Shown here one piece after another: positions 1 through 10,525 of a DNA stretch of 64,000 nucleotides. The notes beneath the pieces are model-generated. The model was given only the letters and a program-made list of their open reading frames with translations, made no database searches and was not told the DNA's origin. This DNA comes from Pseudomonadota bacterium (lineage in GTDB: Bacteria > Pseudomonadota > Alphaproteobacteria > Sphingomonadales > Sphingomonadaceae), in assembly GCA_038532855.1 (NCBI GenBank), contig JBCAZT010000002.1, forward strand, positions 1,557-65,556, in the 5' to 3' direction. How positions within the stretch are numbered: position 1 is the stretch's first letter; every line of letters begins with the position of its first letter. The position numbers were made by a program, and so were the translations under genes.

Positions 1-396
<396 letters not shown>

Positions 397-503
397 TCAG
401 GTTTGATGGCAGGAAAATGATGCAAGTGGAGTGATTAGTCCAATCGATTAATGTGGCGAGATTGATTTACTGGGTCGATTGAATGACCGTTCGCGCACTC
501 CTT

Positions 504-586
504 GTCATCCCCGCGAAAGCGGGGACCCAGTTGTGCAGATGGTATCTTTAGGCAAAAAGCTGGGTTCCCGCTTTCGCGGGAATGAC
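504..586. repeat. pair of inverted REP-like palindromic units (GTCATYCCCGCGAAAGCGGGRACCCAG)
   Basis: 504-530 gtcatccccgcgaaagcggggacccag. 560-586 is the reverse complement of gtcattcccgcgaaagcgggaacccag. Each unit contains its own CCCGC-GAAA-GCGGG hairpin. Lies between katG and ahpF. Confidence 0.75.
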
Positions 587-602
587 GAATATTAGGCGCA
601 GC

Positions 603-2207
603 CTAAGCCGCTTGGGCTACATCCTCATCCACCACTTCATTGCGGATAAGGTAATCAAACGCGCCAAGGCCTGCGGTGGCCCCTTCGCCCATTGCCACCA
701 CAATTTGTTTGTTCGGAACAATGGTCGCATCGCCTGCGGCATAAATTCCGGGCAGATTGGTAGCGCCATGCGCGTCGATCACGATCTCACCATATTTCGA
801 TAGTTCAAGGCCCGTTTCGGTGAGCCATTCGGTGTTGGGCACGAGGCCGATCTGGATAAAGACGCCTTCAAGATCGATCCGGCGTTCATCGCCCGTCTCA
901 CGGTCTTTCACGACAAGACCATTGCAGCGTTTGTCATCGCCGGTGATCTCGGTCGTCTGGCCGTTTGTGATGATCTCCACATTGGACATTGAACGCAATT
1001 TGGCTTGCAGCACTTCATCTGCGCGCAGCTTGGTGTCGAATTCCACCAAAGTTACGTGGCCGACAATACCGGCCAAATCGATAGCCGCTTCGACACCAGA
1101 ATTTCCGCCGCCGATGACAGCAACGCGCCTGCCTTTGAACAGTGGGCCATCGCAATGCGGGCAATAGGCAACGCCTTTATTGCGGTATTCCGCTTCGCCC
1201 GGCACGCCGAGGTTTTTCCAGCGTGCACCCGTTGATAGGATGATCGAGCGCGCTTTCAATACCGCGCCATTGGCAAATGTGATCTCGTGCATGCCGCCAA
1301 CTTGCGTAGCAGGCTTAAGCTGGGTTGCGCGCGAAAGGTCCATCAGGTCGATATCGTAGTCGCCGACATGTTTTTTGAGGTCGTCTGCTAGTTTTGGACC
1401 TTCGGTGTACGTCGTGCCCGGCAGGTTTTCGATGCCCAAAGTGTCCATCAACTGACCGCCGAACCGTTCTGCGGCAATGCCAGTGCGAAAGCCCTTGCGC
1501 GCCGTGTAGACGGCCGAGGCCGCGCCAGCGGGACCGCCACCGATGACGAGCACTTCAAATGGGTCTTTTGCGCGAAGTTTCCCAGCTGCTTTCTCATCCG
1601 CGCCGCTGTCCAATTTGGAAAGGATTTCAGCCAGTTCGATCTTGCCGTTGTAAAAACTTTCCCCGTTCAGGAATGTTGCTGGCACTGCGAGGATATCGCG
1701 GCCTTCGACCTCGTCCTGAAATGTCCCGCCTTCAATCAGTGTCGCGGTGATGCGCGGGTTTTCGAGCGCCATCAGGGTGAGCGCTTGCACAACATCGGGG
1801 CAGTTGTGGCAGGTGAGTGAGAAGAACATCTCAAACTCAAAATCGCCTTCCAATGCGCGAACTTGTTCGATGAGGTCCGCATCAACCTTGGGGGGGTGTC
1901 CGCCCGCCCACAGCAGCGCGAGCACCAGGGATGTGAATTCGTGGCCCATAGGAAGGCCAGCAAAGCGCACCCATTTGGCAGGGTCAGAGGCGCGCCGGAT
2001 CACAAAGCTGGGGCGGCGCCCGCCTGCAATTTGATCATCACCATCAAAGCTGGCTGTCACCATGTCGTGCAGCTCAGCAATCTGGGTCAGCAACTCGCGA
2101 GTTTGCTCTGATTTCGCGCTGTCATCCAATGCCGCAACCAGCTCAATCGGCTCGCGCAAATTAGCGAGATATTGCTTAAGCTGGGTCTGCATATTGGCAT
2201 CTAGCAT
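603..2207 (-). CDS. ahpF: alkyl hydroperoxide reductase subunit F
   Basis: 534 aa. N-terminus [23 protein letters not shown] is typical of AhpF. CHNCP and CPHCDG redox centres, GGGPAG and GGGNSG dinucleotide folds. Sits downstream of ahpC. Confidence 0.95.
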   Translation of the reverse strand: MLDANMQTQLKQYLANLREPIELVAALDDSAKSEQTRELLTQIAELHDMVTASFDGDDQIAGGRRPSFVIRRASDPAKWVRFAGLPMGHEFTSLVLALLWAGGHPPKVDADLIEQVRALEGDFEFEMFFSLTCHNCPDVVQALTLMALENPRITATLIEGGTFQDEVEGRDILAVPATFLNGESFYNGKIELAEILSKLDSGADEKAAGKLRAKDPFEVLVIGGGPAGAASAVYTARKGFRTGIAAERFGGQLMDTLGIENLPGTTYTEGPKLADDLKKHVGDYDIDLMDLSRATQLKPATQVGGMHEITFANGAVLKARSIILSTGARWKNLGVPGEAEYRNKGVAYCPHCDGPLFKGRRVAVIGGGNSGVEAAIDLAGIVGHVTLVEFDTKLRADEVLQAKLRSMSNVEIITNGQTTEITGDDKRCNGLVVKDRETGDERRIDLEGVFIQIGLVPNTEWLTETGLELSKYGEIVIDAHGATNLPGIYAAGDATIVPNKQIVVAMGEGATAGLGAFDYLIRNEVVDEDVAQAA

Positions 2208-2381
2208 GATGAGTGTCCTAAAATATCAAAGCGGAAAGATGAAAAGACCCGGACCGCTTCGGGAGGGGTAGGGGGTGAAGCGATCCGGGCCAATTATATG
2301 TCCGAGCAGGCCCAATATTGGGGTGCACCCGGACGAAGGGCAGCGCGCAACTAGATGAAGACGCCGCCTTAAATGGTTGGT

Positions 2382-2948
2382 TTAGATCTTGCCAACAAGA
2401 TCAAGCGATGGGGCAAGCGTGTCAGCGCCTTCTTCCCATGCAGCCGGGCAGACCTGACCGGGGTTAGCGCGCACATATTGAGCTGCTTTGATTTTGCGGG
2501 TCAGTTCGTTGGCATTGCGGCCCACGCCTTCGCAGGTGATTTCCATGATTTGGATCACGCCATCGGGGTCGACCACAAAGGTCGCACGATCAGCAAGGCC
2601 TACGCCTTCGCGCAGAACGCCAAACTGGTTCGACAAAGTGTGCATCTGGTCGCCAAGGAATGGGAATTGCAGCTTGCCGATTTTGTCAGAGCTGTCGTGC
2701 CATGCTTTGTGGCTGAAATGCGTGTCGGTTGAAACGCCGTACACTTCGACGCCCATGTCTTGGAGCATGGAATATTTCTCACCCATGTCCTCAAGCTCGG
2801 TTGGGCACACGAATGTGAAGTCTGCAGGATAGAAGAAGAAAACCGCCCATTTGCCTTCGATGTCTTTTTCAGTGACGTCGAAAAAGTCTTTCCCGGCCTG
2901 AAAAGCGGTTGCGGTGAAAGGTTGGATGGTTGAACCGATAATGCCCAT
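2382..2948 (-). CDS. ahpC: peroxiredoxin AhpC (alkyl hydroperoxide reductase C)
   Basis: The track ORF 2382..3191 is over-extended. Internal ATG at 2948 ([17 protein letters not shown]...) is preceded by an [17 protein letters not shown] peroxidatic Cys motif and a C-terminal resolving Cys (GQVCPAAW). Confidence 0.95.
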   Translation of the reverse strand: MGIIGSTIQPFTATAFQAGKDFFDVTEKDIEGKWAVFFFYPADFTFVCPTELEDMGEKYSMLQDMGVEVYGVSTDTHFSHKAWHDSSDKIGKLQFPFLGDQMHTLSNQFGVLREGVGLADRATFVVDPDGVIQIMEITCEGVGRNANELTRKIKAAQYVRANPGQVCPAAWEEGADTLAPSLDLVGKI

Positions 2949-3102
2949 ATTGTGTATTCCTCCTAAGGGGTTGGGGTGTTTTGCCTTGTTGAAAGGCGAA
3001 ATAGGGATTGTTGCAGCGCAGCAAAATTGATTTGTGCGATTGCGAAGATCGAAAATCTCAATGAGTAAAAACGGGAACCTTTCGGGTTGGTTCCCGACCC
3101 GG

Positions 3103-4221
3103 TTAAGCCGGGATACGCCGTGCCTCTTTAAAGCTGACAAGCTTGCGGGAATCTTCGTCCCACAGCGCAAGCCACATCGCAGAAAACGCATCGCGCGCGC
3201 TCATGCGATTGACCTCGGTTAGTTCCGGATGCGCTTTTAACGCGGCAGGCAGCCGGTAAAACGGAATACGGCTTACCAAATGATGCACATGGTGGATCGC
3301 GATATTGCCGGTGAACCAGTTGAGCACTGCGGGCAGATGCAGATAAGAGCTGCTGTGGACAGCCGAGCTATGATAATCCCAATCCTCACGGTTCTCCCAA
3401 TGCGCATCTTCAAACTGATGCTGGATATAGAACAGCCAAACACCCACGCTTGCTGCGGTTAAAAGCACGGGCAGAAATACGATCAGCGCTTCAAAAATGC
3501 CGAACACAAAAAACAAAGTGACCAGCACGCCAGCGGTCGCTGCATTGGTCGCTAGCGCACTGATCCAATAGGTCCAGCCTGCCTTCATCAGGCCAATTGG
3601 CAATCGGTGGCGAAGGAGGAAAAGATAGGCCGGGCCCAAACCCATCAACACAACGGGATGCCTGTACAGCCTGTATCCGAACCGCCCCAGCCAGCCTTTT
3701 GCGCGGTATTCACGCACTGTCAGCGTATCAACATCACCAAATCCGCGCGCGTCCAGATTGCCCGTGCTTGCGTGATGCAATTCATGGCTGCGCCGCCAGC
3801 AATCATAAGGCGTCAGCGTCAACACGCCGATAGATCGGCCAAGCCATGTGTTGGCAAGCTTGCTTTTGAAGAACGACCCATGCCCGCAATCATGCTGGAT
3901 AATAAACATGCGAAGAAGCAACATTCCGCCCAATGGGATCAGTGCGAGCGCAGGGTAAAACCGCTGCTGCGCCGCCACCAGCATGAGCCCCATGACAATG
4001 GCAAAAGGAATAAGCGTAGAAGCCACTTCCCAAATGCTGCGAGAAACACGCGGGGTGCGATGCGCGGCAAGTTGGCGAGCGAGCTTTTTGGGGTCGAGCT
4101 CAGCGGGGTTGAGCTTGGTTTGGGCTAAGGGCTCTATCGTAGAGATGGGATCACCTGCTGCACATTGCTTGGGGAGGGCGGGGTCTTGCAAGCGCCCTAT
4201 CAAGCGTGCGTGACGGTGCAA
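3103..4221 (-). CDS. membrane fatty acid desaturase family protein
   Basis: Three histidine boxes (HDCGH, HELHH, HHVHH) and several TM segments. ORF start is a TTG, so the true start is uncertain. Confidence 0.8.
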   Translation of the reverse strand: MHRHARLIGRLQDPALPKQCAAGDPISTIEPLAQTKLNPAELDPKKLARQLAAHRTPRVSRSIWEVASTLIPFAIVMGLMLVAAQQRFYPALALIPLGGMLLLRMFIIQHDCGHGSFFKSKLANTWLGRSIGVLTLTPYDCWRRSHELHHASTGNLDARGFGDVDTLTVREYRAKGWLGRFGYRLYRHPVVLMGLGPAYLFLLRHRLPIGLMKAGWTYWISALATNAATAGVLVTLFFVFGIFEALIVFLPVLLTAASVGVWLFYIQHQFEDAHWENREDWDYHSSAVHSSSYLHLPAVLNWFTGNIAIHHVHHLVSRIPFYRLPAALKAHPELTEVNRMSARDAFSAMWLALWDEDSRKLVSFKEARRIPA

Positions 4222-4287
4222 GAGGGAATGCGGAATTTACGCGTTTGTGCGGTGTTTTGTGGGATATCTAGCTGGGCCCACCCACAA

Positions 4288-4377
4288 CCCCTCCCGCAAG
4301 CGGGAGGGGAGTGAAGTAGCATCTTTCCAACCCCTCCCGCTTGCGGGAGGGACAGTGAGACTTGGCAGCTGGCTGCC
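4288..4377. repeat. cluster of GC-rich REP-like hairpins (CCCCTCCCGC-AA-GCGGGAGGGG and its inverted copy)
   Basis: 4288-4309 is a perfect 10-bp stem. 4332-4351 holds the same palindrome in the opposite orientation (centre TT instead of AA). 4364-4377 is a ggcagc/gctgcc hairpin. Confidence 0.7.
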
Positions 4378-4438
4378 TAGTCGCAGCGGGGTGGGGGTTG
4401 GCATGTAATGGTATGCACAAAAAATAGAATCTGGCTCG

Positions 4439-5335
4439 CTAATCCTGCTTTCCCCATCGTCGCAAACGCCGCAATGACGCTATCAGGTTCACAGTTTCAA
4501 TTGCCCTGTCCTCATCAAAACCAAGTAGCAGGTTGGTGGCCTGTATTGCGTGAATGTTGTCTGGGTCATCCACCAGTATTCCTTCCAAAGCAGCAGCAGA
4601 TCGGCGGTCCCGTCTTTTTCCCAACCCGATCGCTGCTTCAAAGCGAACGTCGTCATCGGCATCGTTGAGAGCCTCCGCTAACGCGCGTCGAATCCTCGGG
4701 CTGTCAGCATCTCCTAGTGAGCCTAGGCTAAATGTAGCCCAGTCACGAACCGAGTTATCCTTGTCGCCCATCAATTCGAGCAAAGCATCTATGCAGATTT
4801 CTTCGTCTGCGAAGGAACCAAGCGAAAAGGCTACAGCGTGCCTTACGTCGGGATCAAAGTGGTGAGTTAGCCTCACAATTGCCGGGATAGCATCACGCAA
4901 ACCTATGTGGCCCAAAGCGTATATAGCGGATGCTTTGGGACGGCCCGCTTTTTCGGTTTGGAGGAGTTTTAGTATTACCGGAACGGCTTTCTTGCCAATT
5001 GATCGCATGGTATCAGCATCGCTGCCACTTCCAAGCTGAGCAAGTATATCGACGCCGCGCGACCTTCGAAGTTCGTCTTTCGATTTGCACCAAGCAGCCG
5101 CGAGTACGAAAACCTCATCGGTGCCTAGTTTTCTAAGGGCGTGAATAGCATCCCAAGGTTCATCATCGTCATATTCGCCATCCAAGGTTTTGGCGAAAAG
5201 GCTGTGAACTTCATTTTCGGACAATCTCTTTTCCTTTGTCGCTTGTTTTTCGACAATTGCGCCATCAGGGTAACAGAGCACCAAATCTATGCATCGCACC
5301 CTGCCCACTCCAGCAATCGGGCCAAGGCCATGCAT
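4439..5335 (-). CDS. HEAT-repeat (PBS-lyase-like) protein
   Basis: 298 aa with repeated units such as DPDVRHAVAFSLGS, DKDNSVRDWATFSLGSLG and DADDDVRFEAAIGLG, typical of HEAT_2 repeats. Confidence 0.7.
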   Translation of the reverse strand: MHGLGPIAGVGRVRCIDLVLCYPDGAIVEKQATKEKRLSENEVHSLFAKTLDGEYDDDEPWDAIHALRKLGTDEVFVLAAAWCKSKDELRRSRGVDILAQLGSGSDADTMRSIGKKAVPVILKLLQTEKAGRPKASAIYALGHIGLRDAIPAIVRLTHHFDPDVRHAVAFSLGSFADEEICIDALLELMGDKDNSVRDWATFSLGSLGDADSPRIRRALAEALNDADDDVRFEAAIGLGKRRDRRSAAALEGILVDDPDNIHAIQATNLLLGFDEDRAIETVNLIASLRRLRRWGKQD

Positions 5336-5425
5336 CTACTCGCCTCACGTAAATGTAAAAGCCACGCACACTTTACAACATCTTATGGCGCTACACTATT
5401 TGATCGTTTATCATCATCGCTTCGG

Positions 5426-6448
5426 ATGAGAAAAAATGTACTCCTCTCTTTAAAGACAGCCCTTGCAATCATCGGCCTTTGCTTGGGAACGGCAGGTTTT
5501 GCTCAATCCACCGTTATCTACCAAGATGATTTTGAAGGGGCAGTGACTGGTTGGTCGGTCAACAACACGGATTTCGACCCTGACGTAACGACCTTTCTTG
5601 GCCGTTTTGATAACTCACCAAACAGCACAAGCCGAACCTTTACGATCCCACCCAGCACTGACCGTGCCGAAATCGTTTTTGATTTCTACCGTTTTGATAG
5701 CTGGGACAACACCGCTCGATGGGGGTTTGACCGGTTTCAAATTGACATCGACGGCACCCAGATCTTCTCGCTCCCCTTTCCCAATCCGCAAGCGGCGCGT
5801 TCAGGCAGTCTTGGAAATGTGGATTGGGAACACACGCCTTTAACCGGCACTGTTGAGCTTGCCTTTGGTACGGGGCAATTTTGGTTTGATCAGCTTCACA
5901 GATTCACGATTACGGTCGATAATCCCGGCGCCACTTTGGATCTGACTTTGCGCTGCGCTTTAAACCAAGGCGGCAATGATGAATCGTGCGGGTTTGACAA
6001 TATGACCGTGACGGCTTTTCCCATCTTGCCAGAAATTGACGCGCAAAAGGTTTCCGCCATTGTTGGGAACAGTTTCGCCATTCCCGGCAATATGGTCGAC
6101 TACACGATCTCGGTGAGCAATACGGGTGGCACCGCGGATACGGACTCTCTTGTGATCGTTGACGCGATACCGCCTGAATTGACGATGTTTACGGGCGATT
6201 TTGATGGATCAGGCAATTCAGTTCAATTCGTGGATTCAAGCACGCCGCCATCCGGCCTAAGCTGCTGCACTTCAGCGCAAATCGAGTACTCAAATTCAAC
6301 CACAACGCCGCCCGTGTTCGGATATACGCCCGTTTCCAATTTTGATCCGGCCATCACCTATCTCAGGATCACGCCCAGCGGCACATTGCGAGACGCGCAA
6401 ATCGATCCGGTGGATGTGGATTTTGTTTTCAGGGCAATGATCAAGTAG
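5426..6448 (+). CDS. secreted protein with DUF11-like (conserved repeat) C-terminal domain
   Basis: Track ORF starts at 5141. The internal ATG at 5426 gives a signal peptide MRKNVLLSLKTALAIIGLCLGTAGFAQ. The C-terminal segment GNMVDYTISVSNTGGTADTDSLVIVDAIPPELT resembles DUF11 repeats. Confidence 0.6.
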   Translation: MRKNVLLSLKTALAIIGLCLGTAGFAQSTVIYQDDFEGAVTGWSVNNTDFDPDVTTFLGRFDNSPNSTSRTFTIPPSTDRAEIVFDFYRFDSWDNTARWGFDRFQIDIDGTQIFSLPFPNPQAARSGSLGNVDWEHTPLTGTVELAFGTGQFWFDQLHRFTITVDNPGATLDLTLRCALNQGGNDESCGFDNMTVTAFPILPEIDAQKVSAIVGNSFAIPGNMVDYTISVSNTGGTADTDSLVIVDAIPPELTMFTGDFDGSGNSVQFVDSSTPPSGLSCCTSAQIEYSNSTTTPPVFGYTPVSNFDPAITYLRITPSGTLRDAQIDPVDVDFVFRAMIK

Positions 6449-6552
6449 CCTGAAGAAACCGTTGGTATGCCCAACCAAAAAACTACCCCTTTATCGTAAC
6501 TTAACCACCACGCCGTATCTCAGCTCCCAAATTGAGTGGCCGATCAAGGGGC

Positions 6553-6969
6553 ATGGGCATGATGAAAGAAATTGTTGGAGGCATTGCCTTCGTTGCAGTC
6601 GCGGCAGGGCTTTACACCGTCTTTGACAAAGGCGGCGCTCCGGGTGTTTCAAGCGATTATGAACGCAGTGCCTTTTACGATCGCTGCGATCGCGACTATG
6701 TGCAAAGCGCAAGTCATCTGGGCTTTTCAGCCTCTTCTGCCGAATGCGAGTGCTTTGATGAAAAACTGCAAGCGCTCAGACCGTCTCAACAGGCTGCTGC
6801 TTATAAGACGCTGGAAGATAGCCTGACTTTGGCGTTTATGGGCAAAGCCGGCGCTGAGGTGAGCGGTAACAATGTGAGTTTTCAGGATGGTGAGTTGGGC
6901 GAAGTGAACGCCACAGTAACCCCAGAGACAAGCGGCAAAGCGATTATCCAAAGTTGCGCGATGTTTTGA
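6553..6969 (+). CDS. hypothetical membrane-anchored protein
   Basis: ORF 6532..6969. ATG cluster at 6553-6562 follows AAGGGG. N-terminal TM KEIVGGIAFVAVAAGLY. No recognisable family. Confidence 0.4.
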   Translation: MGMMKEIVGGIAFVAVAAGLYTVFDKGGAPGVSSDYERSAFYDRCDRDYVQSASHLGFSASSAECECFDEKLQALRPSQQAAAYKTLEDSLTLAFMGKAGAEVSGNNVSFQDGELGEVNATVTPETSGKAIIQSCAMF

Positions 6970-6981
6970 GTGCGGTTGACT

Positions 6982-8073
6982 TCAGCTATCCCAATCCAAC
7001 CAAACGCACTGGGCTTCGTCGATATTTCCTTCGTGCATGGCGCAGGCTGGAATTGCGAAATGCAAGGTCCCAACGTCGGGATGTGTTCGCATCGTTATCA
7101 AACGTCGGTGATTTTCGTCGGGTGACCGATCGCTGCCTGTTGTCCCGTGCAGGTATCCTCCCATTCCGAAGATGCTTCGCTGACTTGCGCTTTGTAGAAT
7201 TTGATAGAGGTCAAAAAAGGGTTCGCCCCATTTGCATCCTCGAATTTGATCAGAGAATGGGCCGTAACTGGCGTCTGGCAGTGAGAGTCTTTCTGTCATG
7301 ATAATATCGTGGATCGGCTGCGGGGCATTCACACCGTCTCCAAGCTTGTCATTGACCAATTCTTGCGGGGTTGTCGTCCGTATTAGCGGTGCTTGATTTA
7401 ACCAAGGCAAGGCTACCCCCTCGCGAATTCCGACCTCATGGACCTCATCAATTGAAAAGATTAGAAAACCACCATGCTCAGGAAGGCGCTGGCCGAGCAC
7501 TGTTTCAGAGAAATCCTGAAACGCAAATAGGCCTACAAAGCTGCATGGATGATCCTGAGGAAGATCATCCCGGCAATCCGACCAATTTGATGTTTGGGCA
7601 ATCGTAGGCCAGTCAAAGCCTTCAGGAAGATCTGGCTCTCCCCAAAGTCGGCTTGTGCCGATTGGCGGATCCGTCGAGGCAGCTGTGTAATCCAATGCAA
7701 GAGAGGGGGCGAGCGCCGAAAAAAGCGCCTCCTTGAACTCAGATATATCTTTGTGGTTGAATGCAGCTGACCTTTCGCAAAGCGCTTGAAGAAGCGGCAA
7801 ACCGACAAGGTTTTTCCAGCTTTCATTCAACGGACGTGAACGTAACCGCTGAAAAAGGTTGGGAGCCATCCAAGGTGACAAAACCTTTGGGTCAAGAGAC
7901 TGGTAGGCCTCGATCGTTGCAAGAACGGCGTTTGCGCGATGTGTTTCACCGTTTTCTAAAAGCCAACTTGCATATTCTCGGCGCGCACCGTTTTCGGAAA
8001 AATCAGCTATCGCTTCGTTTAGAAGCCGGCTCTCGCCCTGCAATTCGCAGGCATGGTTTATTGTAATCCCCAA
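6982..8073 (-). CDS. DUF1963 (YwqG-like) domain protein with TIGR02996-like N-terminal segment
   Basis: 363 aa. The N-terminus LLNEAIADFSENGARREYASWLLENGETHRANAV resembles the TIGR02996 repeat-companion motif. The C-terminal half (GGFLIFSID..., GGYLHG..., GTLHFAIPACAM) resembles DUF1963. TTG start, uncertain. Confidence 0.55.
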   Translation of the reverse strand: MGITINHACELQGESRLLNEAIADFSENGARREYASWLLENGETHRANAVLATIEAYQSLDPKVLSPWMAPNLFQRLRSRPLNESWKNLVGLPLLQALCERSAAFNHKDISEFKEALFSALAPSLALDYTAASTDPPIGTSRLWGEPDLPEGFDWPTIAQTSNWSDCRDDLPQDHPCSFVGLFAFQDFSETVLGQRLPEHGGFLIFSIDEVHEVGIREGVALPWLNQAPLIRTTTPQELVNDKLGDGVNAPQPIHDIIMTERLSLPDASYGPFSDQIRGCKWGEPFFDLYQILQSASQRSIFGMGGYLHGTTGSDRSPDENHRRLITMRTHPDVGTLHFAIPACAMHEGNIDEAQCVWLDWDS

Positions 8074-8076
8074 AGG

Positions 8077-9159
8077 TTACCTCTTCTCATCCCCCACCTG
8101 CGCCCGGTGCAGCAGCTTATGATCCGCAAGCACCAGCGCCATCATGGCTTCCACAACTGGTGCCCCGCGAATGCCGACGCACGGGTCGTGGCGGCCTTTC
8201 GTGCGGACTTCGGTTGCCTCTCCATCTGAGGTGATAGAAGGGACGGGGGTGAGGATGGAGGAGGTGGGTTTGAACGCGGTTCTCACCACTACGGGTTGCC
8301 CGGTTGAGATACCACCTGCCGTGCCGCCTGCGTGATTGCTGGCGTAAACTGGTTTGCCATTTGGGCCCGGGCTCATCGCATCGGCGTTTTGTTCGCCTGT
8401 GAGACGTGCAGCTTCAAACCCGTCGCCGATCTCTACGCCTTTGGTCGCGTTGATTGTCATCATGGCGGCTGCAAGGTCACTGTCGAGCTTTGCATAGACC
8501 GGCGCGCCCCATCCGGCGGGGACGCCTGTGGCAACGCATTCCACGACTGCGCCAAGAGATGAGCCAGACTTGCGTGCATTATCGACCTTTTCTTCCCAGC
8601 GCTTGGCCGCTTCTGCGTCAGGACAGAAAAAAGGATTGCGGTTGATCTCCTCCGCGTCGAAATTCTTAAGCTCGATTTTGTCGCCGCCCAGCTCGCATAC
8701 ATAAGCGGTGACGGTCACTTCCGGGATGATCGCCCGCGCCACAGCGCCAGCCGCGACCCTCGCTGCGGTTTCGCGTGCGCTAGACCTGCCGCCGCCGCGA
8801 TAATCGCGGATCCCGTATTTCGCATCATAGGTGTAATCGGCATGGCCGGGGCGATAGCTTTTGGCGATTTCGGAATAGTCTTTGGAACGCTGATCGGTGT
8901 TCATGATCATCAAGTGAATGGGCGTGCCGGTGGTCGTATCTTCAAACACGCCCGACATGATTTGCACCTGATCCGCCTCTTGCCGCTGTGTCGTGTATTT
9001 GCTTTGCCCAGGCCGGCGCGCATCAAGGAATGGCTGGATCGCCTCTGCTGTCAAAGAAAGCCCCGGCGGGCACCCATCAACCACTACGCCAAGTCCCGGT
9101 CCATGGCTCTCGCCCCAAGTGGTAAAGCGCAATGCGCGTCCGAATGTGTTCCAGCTCAT
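8077..9159 (-). CDS. aroC: chorismate synthase
   Basis: 360 aa. [42 protein letters not shown] and [11 protein letters not shown] are canonical AroC motifs. Confidence 0.96.
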   Translation of the reverse strand: MSWNTFGRALRFTTWGESHGPGLGVVVDGCPPGLSLTAEAIQPFLDARRPGQSKYTTQRQEADQVQIMSGVFEDTTTGTPIHLMIMNTDQRSKDYSEIAKSYRPGHADYTYDAKYGIRDYRGGGRSSARETAARVAAGAVARAIIPEVTVTAYVCELGGDKIELKNFDAEEINRNPFFCPDAEAAKRWEEKVDNARKSGSSLGAVVECVATGVPAGWGAPVYAKLDSDLAAAMMTINATKGVEIGDGFEAARLTGEQNADAMSPGPNGKPVYASNHAGGTAGGISTGQPVVVRTAFKPTSSILTPVPSITSDGEATEVRTKGRHDPCVGIRGAPVVEAMMALVLADHKLLHRAQVGDEKR

Positions 9160-9236
9160 ATTGGCCTAATACCTCAATTGCGTAGCTTGAAAAGCGCGCG
9201 TTTATTGTAGTGCGCTCAGGCATGCGCCTGAGCTTT

Positions 9237-9327
9237 GCCAAGCCACCCGCTCCCTCCACCCTTCCACCCGGATTTTCACACCGGAGTATGATCCGGGTGG
9301 AAGGGTGGAGGGAGCGGGTGGCTTGGC
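9237..9327. repeat. 37-bp perfect inverted repeat with 17-nt spacer
   Basis: 9237-9273 (gccaagccacccgctccctccacccttccacccggat) is the exact reverse complement of 9291-9327. A smaller 8-bp hairpin (9214-9233) lies adjacent. Confidence 0.9.
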
Positions 9328-9403
9328 CCTCAAGAAGACAACCGCTGCGCAAAACAATCACTCCCCTCTAGAATTGCCGCGCGCCTTGCTCCAAGAACAG
9401 ACC

Positions 9404-10012
9404 ATGATCGCAAAGCTATCAGGCCGATTGGACGAGACGGGCGAGGATTGGGCCATCGTGGATGTGCAAGGGGTGGGATACCTCGTGCATTGTTCGGCGC
9501 GCACTTTGTCGGCTTTGGGCGAAGTGGGTGAGGCGTGCACAGTGCACACCGATTTGCAGGTCAGCGAAAACGATATGCGCCTCTTGGGCTTTGCCGAAAG
9601 CGCAGAGCGTGATTGGTTCCGGCTTTTGACGCAGGTTCAGGGTGTGGGCTCGAAAGTCGGCTTGGCGATCCTATCAGCGCTGTCCACCGGAGAATTGCGC
9701 GATGCATGTGCTGCAGGCGATGCAGCGAGTGTGGCGAGAGCCAACGGCGTGGGCCCAAAACTGGCGGGCAGGATTGTGAATGAACTAAAGGACAAAGCAG
9801 GCGCATTGCCCGGCGGCGGAATGGCCGGGGTTGCGGTCGCGGGTGCTGCAGCTGGAGGCGGAGCGAGCGCAGATGCAGTCTCCGCTTTGGAAAATCTCGG
9901 CTTCAAACCAGCAGTGGCCGCCCAAGCCGTCGCCCGCGCCGCCGAAGAATTGGGTGATGGCGCAGCGGAAGGCGACCTGATCCGAGTGGCGCTGAAAAAG
10001 GCGGCTGGGTGA
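9404..10012 (+). CDS. ruvA: Holliday junction branch migration complex subunit RuvA
   Basis: Track ORF starts at 9305 inside the inverted repeat. The ATG at 9404 gives [31 protein letters not shown], the typical RuvA N-terminus. HhH motifs ([27 protein letters not shown]). Confidence 0.95.
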   Translation: MIAKLSGRLDETGEDWAIVDVQGVGYLVHCSARTLSALGEVGEACTVHTDLQVSENDMRLLGFAESAERDWFRLLTQVQGVGSKVGLAILSALSTGELRDACAAGDAASVARANGVGPKLAGRIVNELKDKAGALPGGGMAGVAVAGAAAGGGASADAVSALENLGFKPAVAAQAVARAAEELGDGAAEGDLIRVALKKAAG

Positions 10013-10482
10013 TGGGTGAACTAGTGGTAAGCGAAACTGAGGCGGACAAGGTCACAAAGAAATTTGCAGACGCTGCGGCAGATAAGTCCAAATACGCTCA
10101 GGAACTTATAGTTTCGGGATTCAAGTCTCTGTTTCTCGCAAATGGAGGAGCAATACTGGCGTTACTGACCGTCTTGGGAAACTCTGAAGCAAGTGTCGAG
10201 GTTGGGCCATTGTCATGGTCTTTTGGTTGCTTGTCGGTTGGGCTAACTGCAGCCATGATCGGGCAGTGGTGCGCCGCTTATCAAGCATCAAACGGTTCAA
10301 TATCCTTGTGGTTGGAAAGTTTAAAAGCATTGCCTTCGTCAGATTTGAACGAGCTTCAGTCGCTCGGAAACCCTTACGATCAAAGGTCAAAGTTTTTTGG
10401 GCTTGGAGCGAAGACCGGTGTAGTGTTGTCGCTTGCGAGTTTTATCACTGGGATCTTCGTCGCATTGGATGCCGTTGTGTGA
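10012..10482 (+). CDS. hypothetical membrane protein (3 predicted TM) between ruvA and ruvB
   Basis: ATG at 10012 overlaps the ruvA TGA by 1 nt (GTGATG). Hydrophobic segments LFLANGGAILALLTVLG, FGCLSVGLTAAMIGQW and GVVLSLASFITGIFVAL. No family recognised. Confidence 0.5.
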   Translation: MGELVVSETEADKVTKKFADAAADKSKYAQELIVSGFKSLFLANGGAILALLTVLGNSEASVEVGPLSWSFGCLSVGLTAAMIGQWCAAYQASNGSISLWLESLKALPSSDLNELQSLGNPYDQRSKFFGLGAKTGVVLSLASFITGIFVALDAVV

Positions 10483-10525
10483 CAGAAGCTGACCTTCTCA
10501 TCGACTCGCCTACCAGCCAGCACCC

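Noticed and set aside
2949-3191. 81-codon N-terminal extension of the AhpC ORF. The same kind of extension occurs at 5141-5425, 9305-9403, 18094-18189, 22280-22342 and 30491-30718.
   Set aside because: The extensions lack similarity to the respective families. They run through intergenic or repeat sequence. In each case an internal ATG with an RBS and/or a signal peptide reproduces the canonical N-terminus.
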